Origin: Anaerolineales bacterium
Lineage (GTDB): Bacteria; Chloroflexota; Anaerolineae; Anaerolineales; E44-bin32
NCBI GenBank assembly: GCA_037382465.1
Contig: JARRPX010000004.1
Span: 140,204-204,203, forward strand
DNA: 64,000 nt
Direction of reading: 5' to 3'
Part shown: positions 60,205 through 64,000 of the stretch, piece after piece
Numbering within the stretch: position 1 is the first letter of the stretch
Layout of the letters: each line of letters starts with the position of its first letter
The notes under the pieces: model-generated
What the model was told of the DNA's origin: nothing
Databases searched by the model: none
The model's input: only the letters and a program-made list of their open reading frames with translations
Position numbers and translations under genes: made by a program

Positions 60205-62424
60205 TTACAACAGAGGCAGCTGCGGATCGTGGTACCCCGGTGGGTCGATCCCCATACGCTCCGGCAGGTTCGCTCGAGTCAGAGTCGCTTCCCCCGCCAG
60301 TCTGCGAACGTGCCTGAATTTCACCACGCGCAAACCTTCTTCAAGCCACGCCCGCAGGTTGTAATCCCTGCGCGCTTTTTCAGTCACCAGAGAGGCACGC
60401 CCGCCGGGCATCACGAAGGTGAACGAACGTGCAGCATGGTCATGCAGCACTGTGCCGATGGCGGCCGTTGCCATGACCACGAAGTCGTAAACTGGCGCGT
60501 CCTGCGCGTCGCGCCAGATGATCGTATTCTCCTGCTGAACGGAAAACCCCAGCCTGTTTCCCATATCAACCAGCAAACGCTTGATCTCTTCGCAGTCTGC
60601 CTGACGTTCATCGAGCTGATCTTCCGTCCGTAAGGACCACAACCCGGCGTCGTCCTGCTCGAGCGCATAGGACTTAATGCACGCCCGAACGAGTCCCCGA
60701 TCCGGTGTCATCAATCCGGGCGACGCCTCACACACGCGTTGGTCGATTTCGAGTTCCGGAATCACATCCCCGGACCGCAAGATGTCCAGCACCAGTTCTT
60801 CCACCCGGTCCGCGAGCGGCGCTGCGGCCTCGCGGGCGTCGACCAGCCAATACTGCCCGCTTTCGAGCTCCAAGCCTTTGCCGAGGTGTTGGAAGTAGCG
60901 CGTGTCGACCAAAGCTTTCTCGAGAGCCTCGGCGACGATCGATAATGGATGTCCGTCTTCGTGTTCCCAAATCCGGGCCAGCCTGCGCTCTTCGGCAAGA
61001 CGGCACCATACGGCCGCATGCACCAACGAGAACGGGACCGGTTCGCCCCGCCGTTTCAAGAATTCACGCGCAGCGTCGATGAGTGAAGGCGGCAGCCCAG
61101 CAGGAATCTGCTTTCGATTCAGCCTGGATTTCGTCCATTGGAAGAAAGCTTGCCCCTCATCGCCGCGGATCGCACACCCTTCGAGTTGAAAACCCACCCC
61201 ATCCAGGCTGGCGAGTGCCGCTGCCGTGAACCCAGGCTCCGCCTCCGGTATGAACGCGAGCAACGCCTGGTCTTGTTTGTACCAGGTGTGCAACTTCGAC
61301 AAGACCGTGCGCAGCGCACCAGCATGCCAGGCCCAATCGTAACGCCGGCGCCGCAGCGCCATGCGGATCGGTGCGGCCGAATCGCGACCCCACAGCCACG
61401 CCGCCCACAAAGCACACAAGGTCCAAAACGCCTGATTGGGCCGCGGCAGCACGGTGAGCACGAATGCTTCGCGTTCTTTGGGGAACGTCTGCATCAAATC
61501 GCGCAGCGGGCCGGAGAATACCGCAACGGCGCCTGGTTCCGGAAGCGATCCTTCCGTCCATTTCATGGATTTGACTCCCGGGTCCTCCATCGCCCAGACG
61601 GGGACGGCATCTTCCAGGGCGCGCCACACGTTAATTTCACGGTAATGTGGAGAAGCGCTTAACTGGCGCGGCCGCGAGCGTCCTTCCGGATAGCCCCATA
61701 AGGCGTTCGCTTGATCGAAGGCGGAAAGCAGCAGCGCCTGCGCCGCTTCGTACAGCCTCGGCTCCCAGGATACCTGCGCGATTTTGGTCATCAAAGTGAT
61801 GAGGGCATACAATGCTCTTGCAGGGTAGACGGACAAGGCAGCCCGCGCATGATCCCGATCCGGATCGCCCTTGGAGGCAACCTGTTCCAAAGCCAGTGCA
61901 TGCTGCAGACTGCGCTGCGTGAAACCTTCCGCCCGTTCCCAATCCGCAGCGCTTGTTGCACTTTCGCCCGAAAAATTGCACCGCTCGCAAGAGAAGACTT
62001 TGTGCGTCGGTTGGTCCAGCTCCCGATCCCAGACAAAATAATCGGCGATCGCGGGGGCACCGCAGCGGGAACACTCGGTCTGGTACAGGTCGAGTAAAAA
62101 CAACTCCAGTCGACCCCCGTTCTTGGGGGTCGCAGCCAGGCGGGCCAACGCGGCCTGTAATTCATGCAAGCGGAATGGAACGAGGGCGTGTTTCAAGACG
62201 AAGCGTGTGATCGGATTGTTGACCGCTGCCACGACGGCGTTTCCTGTGCGTGCAGCCTCAATCGCCAGGAGCGGAGAGACGCCAAAAGGATCCAGGATCA
62301 AGCGGTTTTGCCATTGACGTTCTTCGATGACACGGCGAACGCTGCCCTCCTCGAGTGGAGGCAGAAACCTTGCGAGTGGGAAAGGATGAAGCGGCGCCGT
62401 GCCAACGGGGTACGTTAAGTCCAT
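60205..62424 (-). CDS. Large (739 aa) uncharacterised protein: degenerate methylase-like N-terminus, CxxC-24-CxxC zinc ribbon, unknown C-terminal modules
   Basis: Coding-like composition throughout. ILDPFGVSPLLAIEAARTGNAVVAAVNNP resembles the DNA/RNA methylase motif I context (DPFxGSGTT...G.D.NP) but lacks GxG. C118-x2-C121...C146-x2-C149. I recognised nothing else. Confidence 0.6.
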   Translation of the reverse strand: MDLTYPVGTAPLHPFPLARFLPPLEEGSVRRVIEERQWQNRLILDPFGVSPLLAIEAARTGNAVVAAVNNPITRFVLKHALVPFRLHELQAALARLAATPKNGGRLELFLLDLYQTECSRCGAPAIADYFVWDRELDQPTHKVFSCERCNFSGESATSAADWERAEGFTQRSLQHALALEQVASKGDPDRDHARAALSVYPARALYALITLMTKIAQVSWEPRLYEAAQALLLSAFDQANALWGYPEGRSRPRQLSASPHYREINVWRALEDAVPVWAMEDPGVKSMKWTEGSLPEPGAVAVFSGPLRDLMQTFPKEREAFVLTVLPRPNQAFWTLCALWAAWLWGRDSAAPIRMALRRRRYDWAWHAGALRTVLSKLHTWYKQDQALLAFIPEAEPGFTAAALASLDGVGFQLEGCAIRGDEGQAFFQWTKSRLNRKQIPAGLPPSLIDAAREFLKRRGEPVPFSLVHAAVWCRLAEERRLARIWEHEDGHPLSIVAEALEKALVDTRYFQHLGKGLELESGQYWLVDAREAAAPLADRVEELVLDILRSGDVIPELEIDQRVCEASPGLMTPDRGLVRACIKSYALEQDDAGLWSLRTEDQLDERQADCEEIKRLLVDMGNRLGFSVQQENTIIWRDAQDAPVYDFVVMATAAIGTVLHDHAARSFTFVMPGGRASLVTEKARRDYNLRAWLEEGLRVVKFRHVRRLAGEATLTRANLPERMGIDPPGYHDPQLPLL

Positions 62425-62719
62425 CCTTACCAGTATACGCTATACGAGGACGAAAGAATAAATCCAACTCATCCGTTCCCATTGCACACGTCCTTCGGTG
62501 CAAACACAGGGAATAAGTTGGAAAGGGTTATCTGTCGGATGGGCCAATCAACAGAATCCCAAATCCATCCCGGCACCTTCTCCCTCAGGTCCGTATTTAT
62601 GGAATGGGCGCATAGCAGTATATACGAACGAAATGCTATTCAGAGATTCGAACGAAGTTTTCGCAGTTTCCTGAAACGATCCACGGACCGAATTTACGCG
62701 CGGCCAGCCGAATCACCCA

Positions 62720-64000
62720 TCAACCATCGAAAGAAGACAAGGCATCGAAGCTGGGTTTCAAAGCGGGATACAGACCCCGGTAAATCGGATACAAGGCTGC
62801 ATACACGTCCTGCGCATCGGACGGCGCGGTTTGCCCCGTGATGTGCACCACGGATTTGCAAGCCGTTTCAAGATCGCTGAAGGCTCCGGCTCCCGTAGCG
62901 GCGATCAATGCGGCGCCGTATGCCGCACCCTCTCTCGAATTAACCGTCACGATTTCGACGCCTAATACGTCCGCAAGGATCTGACGCCAAAGTGCGCTCT
63001 TGGCCCCGCCGCCGGTGGCGCGTATCTGGTTGACGTCCGTCAAACCGGCACCTTTCATCAGCTCCAGGCTGTCGCGCAGCCCGAAAGACACTCCCTCCAA
63101 CACCGACCGGGTCATGTGCGGTAGGGTATGGCGAACGGTCAATCCGACGAACGAAGCTCTGGCCAAGGGGTCAGAATACGGTGTCCGCTCTCCTGTCAGA
63201 TAGGGCAAGAAAACCAGCCCCTCCGATCCGGCAGGAACGTCCGCAGCAGGTTGAACGAACGAATCAAAGTCCTGGCCCGGCGCGAAGGTGTCTCGATGCC
63301 AGCGCAGACTTCCCGCGGCGGACAACATGACACCCATCAAGTGCCACTTCCCGGGTACGGAGTGACAAAATGAATGCAACCGTCCTTCCGGTTCGATCAC
63401 GACTTCGTCCGTCGTGGCGAAAACGACCCCGGACGTGCCCAGGCTGAGCGACATGATTCCCTCGACCACCGCGCCGGTACCAACGGCAGCCGCTGCCTGA
63501 TCGCCGCCGCCGGCCATCACGGGAGTTCCTTCCTTCAAACCCGTCGCTTCTGCGGCTTCCCTGGACACCCGGCCCGTGATGTCCGTCCCTTCAAACGTGG
63601 GAGGCAGCCACTCGAGGTCGATGCCCAGTGCGTCCGCAACTTCAGGGGACCAGGTTCGCTTGCGAATATCGAACAACAGCGTGCCGGCACCTCCGGCCCG
63701 ATCGATGGCGTACGCGCCCGTCAATTTGTAACGCACGTAGTCTTTGGGGAGCAGGATCTTGGCGACCTTCTCATAAATCTCCGGCTCTTCTTCCTGCACC
63801 CAGAGGATTTTCGGTGCGGTAAATCCGGGCAGTGCATCATTCCCGGTGATCTCGATCAGCTTCGCTTTGCCCAACCGTGCCCGGATCTCATCACATTGTG
63901 CACCGGTTCGCTGGTCGTTCCACAAGATCGCCGGCCGCAAGACCTCACCATTTTTATCCAGCAGCACGAGACCATGCATTTGTCCTGTAAGGCCGATTCC
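62720..64000 (-). CDS. xylB: Xylulokinase (FGGY carbohydrate kinase), N-terminus beyond the window edge
   Basis: The frame stays open to nt 64000 (GIGLTGQ-MHGLVLLD...). ILWNDQRT and GGGA.S..W.QI.AD blocks of FGGY kinases are present. Confidence 0.85.
   Translation of the reverse strand, partial: GIGLTGQMHGLVLLDKNGEVLRPAILWNDQRTGAQCDEIRARLGKAKLIEITGNDALPGFTAPKILWVQEEEPEIYEKVAKILLPKDYVRYKLTGAYAIDRAGGAGTLLFDIRKRTWSPEVADALGIDLEWLPPTFEGTDITGRVSREAAEATGLKEGTPVMAGGGDQAAAAVGTGAVVEGIMSLSLGTSGVVFATTDEVVIEPEGRLHSFCHSVPGKWHLMGVMLSAAGSLRWHRDTFAPGQDFDSFVQPAADVPAGSEGLVFLPYLTGERTPYSDPLARASFVGLTVRHTLPHMTRSVLEGVSFGLRDSLELMKGAGLTDVNQIRATGGGAKSALWRQILADVLGVEIVTVNSREGAAYGAALIAATGAGAFSDLETACKSVVHITGQTAPSDAQDVYAALYPIYRGLYPALKPSFDALSSFDG

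Noticed and set aside
1-64000. Search for mobile elements, prophage, CRISPR-Cas, toxin-antitoxin or known defence islands
   Set aside because: I recognised no transposase, integrase, Cas, phage structural or restriction genes in any frame. The window reads as core chromosome, with the possible exception of the AT-rich scar at 6237-6609.

Overview
This is a GC-rich 64-kb bacterial chromosomal segment with about 55 protein genes, mostly housekeeping and tightly packed. Many genes overlap at their start and stop codons (ATGA, GTGA, TGATG). Gene content and regulatory style (T-box leader, DarA-type c-di-AMP receptor, REP-like GC hairpins) suggest a monoderm-type lineage such as Chloroflexota; that guess is low confidence.

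Recognisable genes:
- msrPQ, trpS, dtd, an SPFH protein and the nadC-nadA-nadB operon.
- arfB, ppk2, a crotonase and gltBD (glutamate synthase).
- A class I aldolase and a dynamin-like GTPase.
- A co-directional block of OmpR-type regulator, histidine kinase, two secreted zinc metallopeptidases and an orphan family-5 solute-binding lipoprotein.
- ridA, leuS and two tandem tRNA-Ala genes.
- An M24 peptidase / two esterase paralogues / PAP2 operon.
- An EF-G paralogue, a P1B-type ATPase, AMMECR1 and a CAP-domain protein.
- A CPA1 antiporter, a GH63-like hydrolase, MaoC, a class A PBP, plsY and a partial xylB.

The most interesting signals are ones the ORF track cannot show:
1. Two genes are split by in-frame TGA codons sitting inside redox motifs. 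One is an Rdx/SelW-like CxxU protein upstream of trpS. The other is a membrane-anchored thioredoxin-fold UxxC protein that is translationally coupled to a TehB/TPMT-like methyltransferase and an alkaline-phosphatase-superfamily enzyme. Both are probable selenoproteins, and each has a hairpin downstream of the TGA.
2. A Leu-specific (CUC) T-box leader lies upstream of leuS. It starts only about 20 nt after the two tRNA-Ala genes, which have a consensus promoter.
3. A CPA1 cation/proton antiporter carries a C-terminal DarA/YaaQ PII-like domain and is followed 1 nt later by a loop-deleted stand-alone DarA paralogue.

I saw no transposase, integrase, CRISPR array, rRNA or obvious defence island. 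All family assignments come from reading motifs by eye; no database search was run.
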